DNA of 64,000 nt, from the NCBI GenBank assembly GCA_020849535.1, contig JADLGB010000032.1, positions 64,613 to 128,612 of the forward strand, read 5' to 3'. The DNA comes from Candidatus Hydrogenedentota bacterium (lineage in GTDB: Bacteria; Hydrogenedentota; Hydrogenedentia; Hydrogenedentales; SLHB01). A program made the translations under genes and the position numbers. Shown in pieces: positions 54,263 through 63,915 of this stretch. Numbering within the stretch: the first letter of the stretch is position 1; every line of letters starts with the position of its first letter. The notes beneath the pieces are model-generated. The model worked only from the letters and a program-made list of their open reading frames with translations. It was not told where the DNA came from and made no database searches.

Positions 54263-55318
54263 ATGAACTCCTTCGAGCGCTATCTCTCCCTGTGGGTACT
54301 CATGTGCATGGCCGTGGGTATCCTGCTGGGCAAACTCGTTCCTGGCGTAGTCGCGACTCTCAGCAGGCTCGAATTCGGCCAAGGCTCACAAGTCAATATC
54401 CCCATTGCCGTGCTGATCTGGATGATGATCTACCCCATGATGCTCAAGATCGATTTTGGCGGCTTGGCAGGAGTTACGAAGCGCCCCAAGGGGCTTATGG
54501 TGACCCTGATTGTCAATTGGGTGGTCAAACCATTCAGCATGGCCTTCTTCGCGTGGGTGTTTATCCAGTACTTCTTCTCCGCATGGATCGATCCGGAGAC
54601 TGCCAAGGATTACACGGCGGGCCTGATAATACTGGCCGCCGCCCCGTGCACGGCCATGGTTTTCGTGTGGAGCTACCTCACGGACGGCGATCCGGCCTAC
54701 ACCCTGGTGCAAGTGGCGGTGAACGACCTGATCATGCTCGTCGCGTTTGCGCCAATCGTGATGTTCCTCTGTGGTGTTGCGGATGTCGTCGTGCCTTCCA
54801 AGGTTCTTGTCACATCCGTGGTGGTCTTCATCGTCATTCCCCTTGCCGCAGGTTGGCTCACGCGCACTGGCTTGTTAAAGGCGTTCGGGAGCGATTGGTT
54901 CGAGCAGCGGTTTTTGCCTCGCTTTCATCCGGTCACCGTCGTGGCGCTGCTGTTGACGCTGGTTTTGATTTTCGCTTTCCAGGCGGAGAATCTGACCACC
55001 AAGTGGTTTGCCGTTCTTCTCCTGGTTGTCCCTATCCTGGTGCAGGTCTATTTCAACTCCACTCTTACCTATCTTCTGATGCGCACGTTCAAGGTCCCCC
55101 ACAACGTCGCTTCGCCCGGCGCGCTCATCGGCGCCAGCAACTTCTTTGAACTCGCCGTGGCCGTCGCCATCACGCTCTTCGGTCCCGGGTCCGGCGCGGC
55201 ACTTGCCTGCGTAGTGGGAGTGCTGGTGGAAGTTCCCGTGATGCTCTCCGTCTGCAATGTCTGCAACCGCTCACGTGTATGGTACGGGAAGGCGCTTCCA
55301 CCCGCTGAATCGAGGTAG
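54263..55318 (+). CDS. acr3: ACR3-family arsenite efflux permease
   Basis: MNSFERYLSLWVLMCMAVGILLGK...IPIAVLIWMMIYPMMLKIDF...LAAAPCTAMVFVWS is a typical ACR3 N-terminus with the conserved Cys-containing motif. Internal ATG 54263 chosen. Confidence 0.9.
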   Translation: MNSFERYLSLWVLMCMAVGILLGKLVPGVVATLSRLEFGQGSQVNIPIAVLIWMMIYPMMLKIDFGGLAGVTKRPKGLMVTLIVNWVVKPFSMAFFAWVFIQYFFSAWIDPETAKDYTAGLIILAAAPCTAMVFVWSYLTDGDPAYTLVQVAVNDLIMLVAFAPIVMFLCGVADVVVPSKVLVTSVVVFIVIPLAAGWLTRTGLLKAFGSDWFEQRFLPRFHPVTVVALLLTLVLIFAFQAENLTTKWFAVLLLVVPILVQVYFNSTLTYLLMRTFKVPHNVASPGALIGASNFFELAVAVAITLFGPGSGAALACVVGVLVEVPVMLSVCNVCNRSRVWYGKALPPAESR

Positions 55319-55654
55319 TTCGGTCGAGGGCGCCCTGCATGAGGAACATGCCTGACAACGAAGGGACAATGCCGTCGGTTCCATTTACCCTATGGGCCCT
55401 GCATCATGCACAGGAAACGCTCATGACCCCGACGTTTCTCGCGCAAAGGAACGTCCATTTCGTGACTCTTTCACAGAGCCCAGACTTTGCGAGAATCGGC
55501 AAGAGCTCGGAAAAAGTCCGAAAACACACGGGAAGCAGCATCCGAGAGCTCGGTACTCTCAAGAACCAAGGGTTCAGTGGCAGACCCAAATAGCGCAACC
55601 TTTTTGATCGCGCGGAATCTGGAATCATTCAGAACGCCGCGCAAAACAGAACCA

Positions 55655-55716
55655 CCTGGGAGCGCCGTAATCCCGGCCGACTCTCCAAGAGCCAGCAAGG
55701 ATGCTGGCGCTCCCGG
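55655..55716. repeat. degenerate copy of the central segment of MITE family 1, plus local inverted repeat
   Basis: gggagcgccgtaatcccggccgactctcca resembles the family-1 core gggagcgccggcatccctgccggctcttgg. GGGAGCGCC (55658..55666) pairs with GGCGCTCCC (55706..55714). No terminal arms are recognisable. Confidence 0.3.
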
Positions 55717-55924
55717 TTGATGCGCTTTCAGAAGGAGTTCTGGTCTTTTCCTGTCTTCCGCTCTCTCCATTTGCACGCTGCCCTCAGATTGCGTATAAGG
55801 TGGAACTGAACGGGTTGTAGTTCTTCTCAACGGTATGCGCGTGCAATGAAACGGTTTGGACTGCGCTGGCCGTGTGGCCTGACGCAGTCCAGGTCCATGC
55901 CCCCAACGACCGGAGGGCCAGAGA

Positions 55925-57529
55925 ATGAGCGTTCGAACTGCCTCCACATCCTTCGCAAGTGCACTCTTCATCGCGTTGCTTTTCGCGGTGCCCGCGATAG
56001 CGCAAGTCAGTATGCACAAGGTGGAAATTGTCGGTGCGCGCGGAATCCTCCACCGTGCGCCGCAGACCACGGAGGATCCAGTCACCCCGAGCCCCGGCGA
56101 GCAGAAAAACAAGGAGGTTGCGGAACGGCTCGACAAGGCGGGTCTGCTCTATACCGGCAAGGTCGTGGTCGACAAGGATTCAGCCATGCTGAAACCGCCC
56201 GCGGTCGTGGCGGAATTCGCTGGCACTGGCTACACCCTCGCCAAGGAACCGCCAACAATTGAGTTCGGTGTCATCCCGGTGACGCCGCTGTTTCTGAACG
56301 AGTCCCCCGTCAAATCCAAATCGGACAAATCGAACGAGCCGACTCCTTGGGCCAATTGGGGGCAGGCGGCCATCGACACGCGCACGGGAAAGTTCTATGG
56401 ATCCATCGGAGACGATGGCAAGTACGACGCCCGCATTCTGCTCGTGGAATACGATCCCGCAACGAAGATCATCAAGTGCCTGCCAGAAGTGAACAAGCTC
56501 CTGGGCCGCACGAAAACGCACTTCGGCGATGGCAAGATTCACGGCTGGCTGGACTGGTATCAAAGCAAGGATTTGGACACGCCCCACCTGTGGTTCTGCA
56601 CCTACTGGACCAAATACACGGAACCTGACGACGAAGACTTCGAGACCGGTTATGACGGCGGCCACGTCATGAGCTGCGATGTGATCACCGGCGACATGGT
56701 CGACTACGGGGCTCCGGTGAAGCGCTCCGCTTGGCCCTACCACCGGGTGGACACCAAACGCGGCACGCTATATGCCGTCGGTATGTTCGGCGAGTTCTTG
56801 GCATGGGACATCAATAGTCAGACGACGCTGTGGGCGGGCTATCTTCCCAAGGGCATGGGTTGGTGGGAACGGGCGCTCCTGCTCGACGAGACCACCGGCA
56901 TGGTATACACGTCCAACCGCGACACCGAAGCGGATCCCGAACACCATCTCATCAAGTACGATCCACACCGGAACCGTTTCACGAAACTCGAATGCCATGT
57001 GCCCAAGACGACGGGCCAGGCATCGGGCAAGGGCCAACCCGGCGCGTACAGCGCCATGCGCGCCCAGACGCGCCACCGCGGCCCTGACGGCCTGTTCTGG
57101 TGCGTGACCAACGGTGGGCAGTTGTTCACCTTCGATCCCGACAAGAAAATCATAAAAGACAAGGGACCCAACTGGCCCGGCGAGCAGCGCTACACCGCCT
57201 CCATGGAACGCAGTCCCGGCGGGCGCTATCTCTATTACATGCCGGGCGCGCACGGACACGGCTATTCGGATGGATCGCCCCTCGTGCAATTCGACACGCA
57301 AACCGGCACGCTGAAGGTGCTCGCGTTCTTTTTCCCCTACTACTATGAGAAGTACGGGTACACCGCCGGCGGCACCTTCTCCATCGTGCTGGATGAACGC
57401 GGCGAGAGCCTGTTCATCGTGTGGAACGGCGCCTTCATAGAGAACAGTGGCGACGTCGCGGGCGGAGACACCTTCGGCCAGTGCGCGATCTCGCTCGTGC
57501 ATATCCCCGAATCGGAACGGCAGGAATGA
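55925..57529 (+). CDS. secreted hypothetical protein (beta-propeller-like composition; no family recognised)
   Basis: Signal MSVRTASTSFASALFIALLFAVPAIAQ. Coding-like composition throughout. Its stop overlaps the start of the next gene (ATGA). Confidence 0.65.
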   Translation: MSVRTASTSFASALFIALLFAVPAIAQVSMHKVEIVGARGILHRAPQTTEDPVTPSPGEQKNKEVAERLDKAGLLYTGKVVVDKDSAMLKPPAVVAEFAGTGYTLAKEPPTIEFGVIPVTPLFLNESPVKSKSDKSNEPTPWANWGQAAIDTRTGKFYGSIGDDGKYDARILLVEYDPATKIIKCLPEVNKLLGRTKTHFGDGKIHGWLDWYQSKDLDTPHLWFCTYWTKYTEPDDEDFETGYDGGHVMSCDVITGDMVDYGAPVKRSAWPYHRVDTKRGTLYAVGMFGEFLAWDINSQTTLWAGYLPKGMGWWERALLLDETTGMVYTSNRDTEADPEHHLIKYDPHRNRFTKLECHVPKTTGQASGKGQPGAYSAMRAQTRHRGPDGLFWCVTNGGQLFTFDPDKKIIKDKGPNWPGEQRYTASMERSPGGRYLYYMPGAHGHGYSDGSPLVQFDTQTGTLKVLAFFFPYYYEKYGYTAGGTFSIVLDERGESLFIVWNGAFIENSGDVAGGDTFGQCAISLVHIPESERQE

Positions 57530-58617
57530 GCGGCCAGGAGAACGGCGTGGTACGAATCGGTGTGGTCGGCGGTGGCACGTACGGTGAAAGTCACCTGTCC
57601 ACATTCAAGGACTTGGAGCAAAGCGGCAAGGTGCAGCTTGCCGCCCTCGCCGAAATGAACGACGAGCGTCGCGAGCAGCGGCGTCAGCAGTTTGATATTC
57701 CGGTGTACAAGAGCCATGTGGACATGCTGGATGCCGAACGTCTGGATGGCGTAACCGTGGCCACACCCGATCATCTGCACCTCGGCATCGCGTTGGACGT
57801 TCTCGAGCGCGGTATGCACTGCATGGTCGAGAAGCCACTCGATGTGACCACTGAAGGCTGCCGGAAGCTCATTGCGCTGGCGGCGCAGAAACCGCTCTTG
57901 CTTCAGGTGGATTTCCACAAGCGCTTCGACCCCTACCACATCGAGATGCGCGAGTCCTTCCTGGAAGGCAAATTCGGTGAGATCGAATACGGCTACGCCT
58001 GGATGGAGGATCAGTTATTCGTCCCCGTGAGCATGCTGCGCGCATGGTCCGAACACAGCTCGCCGGTCTGGTTTCTCGGCGTGCACATGTACGATCTCGC
58101 GCGGTGGATTATGGGCTCGCCCGCGCCCGCCGTGGTGTACGCCACGGGCTCGCGCAAGAAACTCAAGTCCATGGGCATTGACTGTCCGGATGCCGTGCAA
58201 GCACACGTGACCTTCAGCAACGGCGCCTGCATCACGTTTCACAATTCCTGGATACTGCCCGACCAGTATGAGGCGGTCGTACACCAAGGCATCAAGCTTG
58301 TCGGCACGGAAGGGATCTTCGAGTGCGACTCTCAGTATCGTGGGGGCCGCGGTTGCCTTAAGGGAGAGAAGATGCGCACTTGGAACCTCGGCATCAAGTA
58401 CCGGGAGCGCGACAAGCGGAACCGGCTTCGCCATCGAGGCTACTTCTACTCATCCATCGCGGATTTCGCCGAGAATCTCCTTTTTCTGAAAGAGAGCGGC
58501 ACACTCGCGCAATTAGACGGACTCTACCCCTCGGGTGTGGACGGTCTCGCCGCCACGCAGATCGCCTGTGCCGCCGAAGAAAGCATGCGGTCCGGGCGGC
58601 CTATCGAGATTACCTGA
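57526..58617 (+). CDS. cytoplasmic Gfo/Idh/MocA family oxidoreductase
   Basis: MSGQENGVVRIGVVGGGTYGESH Rossmann N-terminus without a signal. VATPDHLH and MVEKPL motifs. Start chosen at the ATGA overlap; the track start at 57421 lies inside the previous gene. Confidence 0.85.
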   Translation: MSGQENGVVRIGVVGGGTYGESHLSTFKDLEQSGKVQLAALAEMNDERREQRRQQFDIPVYKSHVDMLDAERLDGVTVATPDHLHLGIALDVLERGMHCMVEKPLDVTTEGCRKLIALAAQKPLLLQVDFHKRFDPYHIEMRESFLEGKFGEIEYGYAWMEDQLFVPVSMLRAWSEHSSPVWFLGVHMYDLARWIMGSPAPAVVYATGSRKKLKSMGIDCPDAVQAHVTFSNGACITFHNSWILPDQYEAVVHQGIKLVGTEGIFECDSQYRGGRGCLKGEKMRTWNLGIKYRERDKRNRLRHRGYFYSSIADFAENLLFLKESGTLAQLDGLYPSGVDGLAATQIACAAEESMRSGRPIEIT

Positions 58618-58632
58618 TTCGCCGCTTGGCCA

Positions 58633-61600
58633 CTATTTCGATTCCACCGGCCTGTTCACCTCGATGCGATTGTTCTCCTCCAGAATCTCGAGTACGAGGT
58701 CGTTCTCGTCAAGGATGATGGCCCGTCCCTTGGAACTGCCTTGTTGCGTAAACGCGACCTCAAAGCGTTGCGGAGCGAGATCAATGCTTGGATCCCCCAA
58801 GGCATCGACGGAAACAGTCTCCAATGTCGCACCTTTCTTGTCGACAAGGGCCACGGTAAAGGGCCCCGCCGTGACCGCGCCGATATTGTGCACCACGGCG
58901 TGAATCGCGCCGTCCGTGTCTTTGCGAATGTCGCGTGTGCCGATGGCGAGGTCCGGGAGCGGACCCATCGGCGCGGCGGCTTCTACCTGTTCGATGACCA
59001 CGGCCAAATTCTGACGCGGTGCAGCCGTTACCGGGATCGTGGAGAAACGCCGCAAGTCGCGAACTTCATCGTGAAGAACAGCAGAGGCGTTGCCTTTGGG
59101 GGCATCGATCGTGCCATCGTCGTTCTCGTCCACCCCGATGCGCACGCTGTACCTGCCCGCGGCCAGCCGCCAAACTCGCATGGTGGCCTCTACAGGTTTC
59201 CCGGTGAAGTTGTACAGGTTTACGACGAGCCTCTTGTCATCCGCGTAGGACACCAGGCGCGCCAAATCGACGGTGTCCACTCCTTCCCAACTCACCGCGA
59301 TGCCTATCGGATACGGTTCAACGCGTCCTTGCACCCGCCCGCCCAAGGCGGAGGCTATCAGCACGTCGCGTCCGATACCCCGCTGATTGTCGGTGTGAAT
59401 CATACCTTCGGTCAACGCAAAGAGGGCCGGTTCATCGGTGGCGTGGACGACATGCATCATCTGCCGCGCGATATCCTCGCGGTCCGTGATCTGGTGGGGA
59501 GCCGGTGGTGGTGTCAACCCCCAATACGCGCGCAGATGGGTCAGTGAATAATTGCGAATCTCCGCATCGACTTGTTCGACCAGGGTGGCGCCGTTTTTCT
59601 CGCGATCTTCAGCGTTTCCAGTGAGCGGCGGTAATCCCTTCTCCGCTCGTTTTGCATCCACCTCGCGAATCCGTTCCGAATAGCGCTGGGACGTGCGCAT
59701 CTCGCGCTCAACCACATAGGGATCGCCCAGCGCAAAGGCTAGCATGAGGCCCCTACTGCCAATGAAGTCCGTGATGTGCAGCGGGTCGATGGGCCAGATG
59801 TCGCAATACCCGTCGTAGAAGATTCCCATCTCTTCGAGACCTTCGTAGTACCGCAACCAGGAGCGGCGGGCCCGCTCATTACCCAGGAGCGGGATTCCCG
59901 CATACCCGAGCGGGATGAAGCAATCATCGTTGGAGCCACCCCAAAACATACCGTCCGCGCGCTGGCGCGAGATGATCCATTGCGTTGCGGTGTCGTTCAA
60001 TCGGTGGAGTTCCCGTTCCCAAACCGCCCAGGCAGGCGCTCCACCCGAATCCTCCACGGGCACGGGCGTCCGCACATCACCGGTGTCGGCCGCGCCGGGC
60101 CACGTCCGGTTCAGCACCAGCTCGCGATAGATGTTCGCGATGCGATCTTCCGGCGCATGACGAAGCACCGCCAGCGGGGAATACGCCATGTCATACGGGC
60201 CGCCGAAATTGCTCCAATTCTGAAGTGAAATGACCTCACCCGTGAAGCGCCAGGGACGGTAGTTATACTCCTTGATGTATTGCACCCGCCCGGACACCAT
60301 TTCATGCTTGACGTACGCCTCCAAGGTGCGCTTGGGATCGGCGGACTTCACGACAGAAAGAGTCGAAGGAGAGGCTTCATCACCCACAACCAGATTGCCT
60401 CCTGCCAGGAACGTGAGTTCCACCCACAGACGGTCTTCACTCGCGAGCATCAGGTCGATGATGTCCAGGCTGATATCCAATGATTGCGGCGACCCTGTGG
60501 CGGGGTAATCAACGCGCACCCACGTCTGGGCCCAGATTCGCCCGGGATTTCCGGGATCGCGCAATCGGATGCGGACATGGTCGGCCAGTGTGGAGGGCAC
60601 GATGCTCAGGCCCAAACGCACAGCGTCAACAGGCATGTCCTCGTTCAGATCCGGCCCCAGGACATGGATGGACTCCATGGGCCGAAGCGGGATCTCGGTC
60701 CTATCCGGCAGGTCCAGTCCCGCTGTTACTGCCCGTCGATCGCGTGCCGCCATGAGCTTGTTCAGCGCGGGCCCATAGCGCTCGATGGATGTGCTTGGCA
60801 CCTCGCCTAACAGATACCATGTGCGGTCCTCTCCCTTCTTCCTTTCAGAGACCGGGGTGAGTTGCTCCCACAACTGGATCTCGTGGATCCGCGTATCGCC
60901 GCTCAGGGGGAGCTTCGCGCTGCCTTGCAGGTCAGAGGGAGACCCATAACTCTTCACAAGGGGCACGCGTAGGGCCGTTGCCCCGGCGAGGTCAATGCGT
61001 TTCGAACAGAAGAACGAAGGTTCCTCGCTGTCCGGAAGCAAGGTGTTACTCTCTCCGAATTCGCCTGGGGTTCCGGTCATCAGATTGAGATCATCGAGAA
61101 TGCCTTCAAACGAAATGAACTGCGGTTGTTCTCCCGGCTCCAATTCGAGTTCGATCCGCTCGCCATGGAAATCAGCATCCCCGAGGATGAACGTGAACAA
61201 GCGATACGGGTGAGGCCACGCCAATTCGTACCGGCCGTCCATGACCCACCACGCCGGGATCAGCTCGTCGCGGCATTCCTTCACGCGCGTCTGCTTGAGA
61301 TGTAAAGGCGCTGCACTTGCGCTTACCGTAGGAACTTCCTGCCGGCCGGGGTCACCGTATGCCGCCAGGATCCGCTCGCTCGCGTCCTCTGGCAACGGCA
61401 GTGGGGGAGATGCGGAGGCGCCGATGGTGTTTGTCTCGAAAAGCGACGCAACCTGCGCATCCTCCAACGCGACGTCAAACATACAGATCTCATCGTAGAA
61501 GGACTCGGGAAGAAAAGGACTGAAGAGTCCCGGTTGCGTGGTCTCCCACCAGGCATCCTGCCCCCATGTGGACCCAACGACAATGCCGTTGTGGAACAAT

Positions 61601-62229
61601 TTCATGCCATACGCGTGATCAAAGGTCACTGCCACGTGTTGCCATTCGCCATTCTTCCAGGTGGGCTGCTCGGCGGCAACCCGATGGTAGCGGTTTGCGA
61701 TATCACGGATGAAGGCGCTGAAGCGGCCGTCCCCATCCACCTCGATCGCGAAGAGGTCCCGCTCCTTGCGGCCCCACGCGATGCTGCCCTGCATGAAGAC
61801 AAAGCCGGGTTCCAGCTTGTCGCTTTTGACCCAAAACGCGACCGTCCCCTCGTTGCCGTGAAACGCCCCCGCGCCCCAGTAGTGAGGCTTCTTGTGCCAT
61901 TCGCCCCACATGACGGCCACGATGAGATCGCAATCCAGGCCGGACTCGTTCCAGGTGTTCTTGGAGATGGGCCAGCCATTGACGATGTGAAGGGCGTTGC
62001 CGAAGCGCCCCGGCTCGACGGTCAATTCGCGTTGGACGAGGCTCTCCCGCCCCATCACGCGGTAACGCTCGGCCTGCGACACGAAGTCGCTGAGCACCTC
62101 CAACTCGTTTTCAAAGCCAAGGTGCAAGTTCGCTCCGGAAAGTTGTGCCTGGACCGCGCAGGCGAGTCCCCATGCGAGGCCAATCGCGCAGTAGTGACGA
62201 AACGATGTGTGCCGCTGGTGCTGGTTCAC
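58633..62229 (-). CDS. large secreted protein: N-terminal LamG/concanavalin-like domain, central unassigned (alpha/alpha-barrel-like?) region, C-terminal CARDB-like domain
   Basis: Signal HYCAIGLAWGLACAVQA. LamG-like GTVAFWVKSD...FMQGS...FAIEVDGDGRFSAFI...WQHVAVTFD. Central QRADGMFWGGSNDDCFIPLGY. C-terminal LPDLAI...VVHNIGAVTAGPFTVALVD is CARDB-like. Confidence 0.7.
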   Translation of the reverse strand: MNQHQRHTSFRHYCAIGLAWGLACAVQAQLSGANLHLGFENELEVLSDFVSQAERYRVMGRESLVQRELTVEPGRFGNALHIVNGWPISKNTWNESGLDCDLIVAVMWGEWHKKPHYWGAGAFHGNEGTVAFWVKSDKLEPGFVFMQGSIAWGRKERDLFAIEVDGDGRFSAFIRDIANRYHRVAAEQPTWKNGEWQHVAVTFDHAYGMKLFHNGIVVGSTWGQDAWWETTQPGLFSPFLPESFYDEICMFDVALEDAQVASLFETNTIGASASPPLPLPEDASERILAAYGDPGRQEVPTVSASAAPLHLKQTRVKECRDELIPAWWVMDGRYELAWPHPYRLFTFILGDADFHGERIELELEPGEQPQFISFEGILDDLNLMTGTPGEFGESNTLLPDSEEPSFFCSKRIDLAGATALRVPLVKSYGSPSDLQGSAKLPLSGDTRIHEIQLWEQLTPVSERKKGEDRTWYLLGEVPSTSIERYGPALNKLMAARDRRAVTAGLDLPDRTEIPLRPMESIHVLGPDLNEDMPVDAVRLGLSIVPSTLADHVRIRLRDPGNPGRIWAQTWVRVDYPATGSPQSLDISLDIIDLMLASEDRLWVELTFLAGGNLVVGDEASPSTLSVVKSADPKRTLEAYVKHEMVSGRVQYIKEYNYRPWRFTGEVISLQNWSNFGGPYDMAYSPLAVLRHAPEDRIANIYRELVLNRTWPGAADTGDVRTPVPVEDSGGAPAWAVWERELHRLNDTATQWIISRQRADGMFWGGSNDDCFIPLGYAGIPLLGNERARRSWLRYYEGLEEMGIFYDGYCDIWPIDPLHITDFIGSRGLMLAFALGDPYVVEREMRTSQRYSERIREVDAKRAEKGLPPLTGNAEDREKNGATLVEQVDAEIRNYSLTHLRAYWGLTPPPAPHQITDREDIARQMMHVVHATDEPALFALTEGMIHTDNQRGIGRDVLIASALGGRVQGRVEPYPIGIAVSWEGVDTVDLARLVSYADDKRLVVNLYNFTGKPVEATMRVWRLAAGRYSVRIGVDENDDGTIDAPKGNASAVLHDEVRDLRRFSTIPVTAAPRQNLAVVIEQVEAAAPMGPLPDLAIGTRDIRKDTDGAIHAVVHNIGAVTAGPFTVALVDKKGATLETVSVDALGDPSIDLAPQRFEVAFTQQGSSKGRAIILDENDLVLEILEENNRIEVNRPVESK

Positions 62230-62430
62230 GGAAGTCTCTCCCCTTTCCCCAAAATGGATTGAGCCTTGAGATATCCGGCAAGCAAGGCCCCGTGCGCTTG
62301 CGCACGCGAACCGCTATACTTCACCCGCGTATTGTACTGCATTTCGGTTCCGGCTTGCTCCGGTAGTGAAAGCAGACGTGAGGTCTCCGCGCAAGAACGC
62401 GGTTCGGGCGCGTCCAACGAGGAGGTATGT

Positions 62431-63915
62431 ATGCGTTTCAATCGCCGGCCGCTCGCGGTCATCCTGTATGCGGCGGCTGTGGGGCTGCTTCTCCCGGCTC
62501 GCGCGCTGTCGGAACCCACGGCGCAAGAAGTTCTCGACGCCATGAAGCAGGCATCCGATTTCATGATGAACACGGTTTCGTATCGCGGCGGGTTTGTGGA
62601 TAAGTACACGGACGATCTGAGCGAGCGCTGGGGCGAGGTGCCCGCGCGCCCCACCATGATCTGGGTTCAGGAAACCGGGACCGTCAGCGTGGGCAAGGCC
62701 ATGCTCGACGCTTACAAGCGCACCGGCGACGCGGCCTTCCTTGCGTATGCCGAGCGCGTGGCGAACGCCCTCATCTGGGGACAGCTCCCCTGCGGTGGTT
62801 GGCACTACTTCATCGATTTCGATCCGGAGGGCACCCAGCAGTGGTACCATGAGGTGTTGGAAAAGGCCTGGGGTTGGGAAGAGTTCTATCACTGGTCGGG
62901 CAATGCGACATTTGATGACAACACTTCGATCGGTGCGGCCTCCTTTCTGCTGGATATCTACGAGACCACGCAGAAGCCTGAGTATCGCACCCCCGTGGAG
63001 AAGGCAATCCAATTCGTGTTGGATGCCCAGTATCCTCTTGGCGGCTGGCCCCAGCGTTATCCGCTCTCGCACGATGCACCTTTCGAAGGCCGTCCCGACT
63101 ACTCGCCCTTCTACACCTTCAACGACGGCGTAATCTCTGGCTGCATCCAATTCCTGCTGCGCGCACATGCCCTGTTTGGTGGCGAGCGCTATCACGATGC
63201 CGCCATCCGCGGCATGTTTTTCACGGTCCTCGCGCAGATGCCGAGACCCCAGGCGGGGTGGGCGCAGCAATACGACATGGATTTGAAGCCGGCCCAGGCG
63301 CGTAGTTATGAGCCTGCCTCGGTGAATCCCAGCCAGACGGTCGAGAACATCCACACCTTGATGAAGTACTACAAGATGATTGGCGACCGCCGTTTCCTGC
63401 AGGGCATTGCGGATGCCATTGAATGGCTGAAGAACAGCCCGCTTCCGGCGGGACAATCCAGCGATGGCCACACGCACGCGCAGTTTCTCGAAGTCGGCAG
63501 CAACAAGCCGCTCTACGCCCATCGCTCGGGGACCGGGGTTGAAGACGGTCGCTATTGGGTAGACTACCAGCCCGGCAACTTCCCCGATCACTACGGCATG
63601 CAGGTAACAATCGATGTCGATGCATTACGTGCTGAGTACGAGCGCGTGAATGCGCTCACGCCCGAAGAGGCCATTGTGGAAGGCCGCAAGGAAGCGGAAG
63701 CCGCGGAACCTGCCTCGACGCCAGCCGCGGACACCATCGCGAAGATGATCCAAAGTTTGGACAGCCGTGGGGCGTGGGTGGAAGAACTGCAGGTCGTCGA
63801 TTATACGGACTGGAAATACAAACCGCGCCGAATCTTCCGCGGCTACAGCACCGCTACTTTTGTCAACAACCTGCGGGCGCTGTCCGCCTACGTACAGACT
63901 CGCTCCGAGCGCTGA
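62431..63915 (+). CDS. secreted PL10-like pectate lyase family protein (PelA/Pel-15E type; tentative)
   Basis: GGAGG RBS and signal MRFNRRPLAVILYAAAVGLLLPARA. Motifs CGGWHYF, ATFDDNTSIGAASFLL, PLGGWPQRYPL, YTFNDGVISGCIQFLL and GWAQQYDMDLKPAQARSYEP match my memory of the PL10 family pattern. Confidence 0.6.
   Translation: MRFNRRPLAVILYAAAVGLLLPARALSEPTAQEVLDAMKQASDFMMNTVSYRGGFVDKYTDDLSERWGEVPARPTMIWVQETGTVSVGKAMLDAYKRTGDAAFLAYAERVANALIWGQLPCGGWHYFIDFDPEGTQQWYHEVLEKAWGWEEFYHWSGNATFDDNTSIGAASFLLDIYETTQKPEYRTPVEKAIQFVLDAQYPLGGWPQRYPLSHDAPFEGRPDYSPFYTFNDGVISGCIQFLLRAHALFGGERYHDAAIRGMFFTVLAQMPRPQAGWAQQYDMDLKPAQARSYEPASVNPSQTVENIHTLMKYYKMIGDRRFLQGIADAIEWLKNSPLPAGQSSDGHTHAQFLEVGSNKPLYAHRSGTGVEDGRYWVDYQPGNFPDHYGMQVTIDVDALRAEYERVNALTPEEAIVEGRKEAEAAEPASTPAADTIAKMIQSLDSRGAWVEELQVVDYTDWKYKPRRIFRGYSTATFVNNLRALSAYVQTRSER

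Noticed and set aside
55339-55593. 84-aa ORF in the gap after acr3
   Set aside because: It has no RBS and no recognisable motif, and it lies in a region with non-coding-like composition. It cannot be supported.
62314-63591. 425-aa minus ORF opposite the PL10-like gene
   Set aside because: It is a shadow ORF. The plus frame has a signal peptide, an RBS and family motifs.
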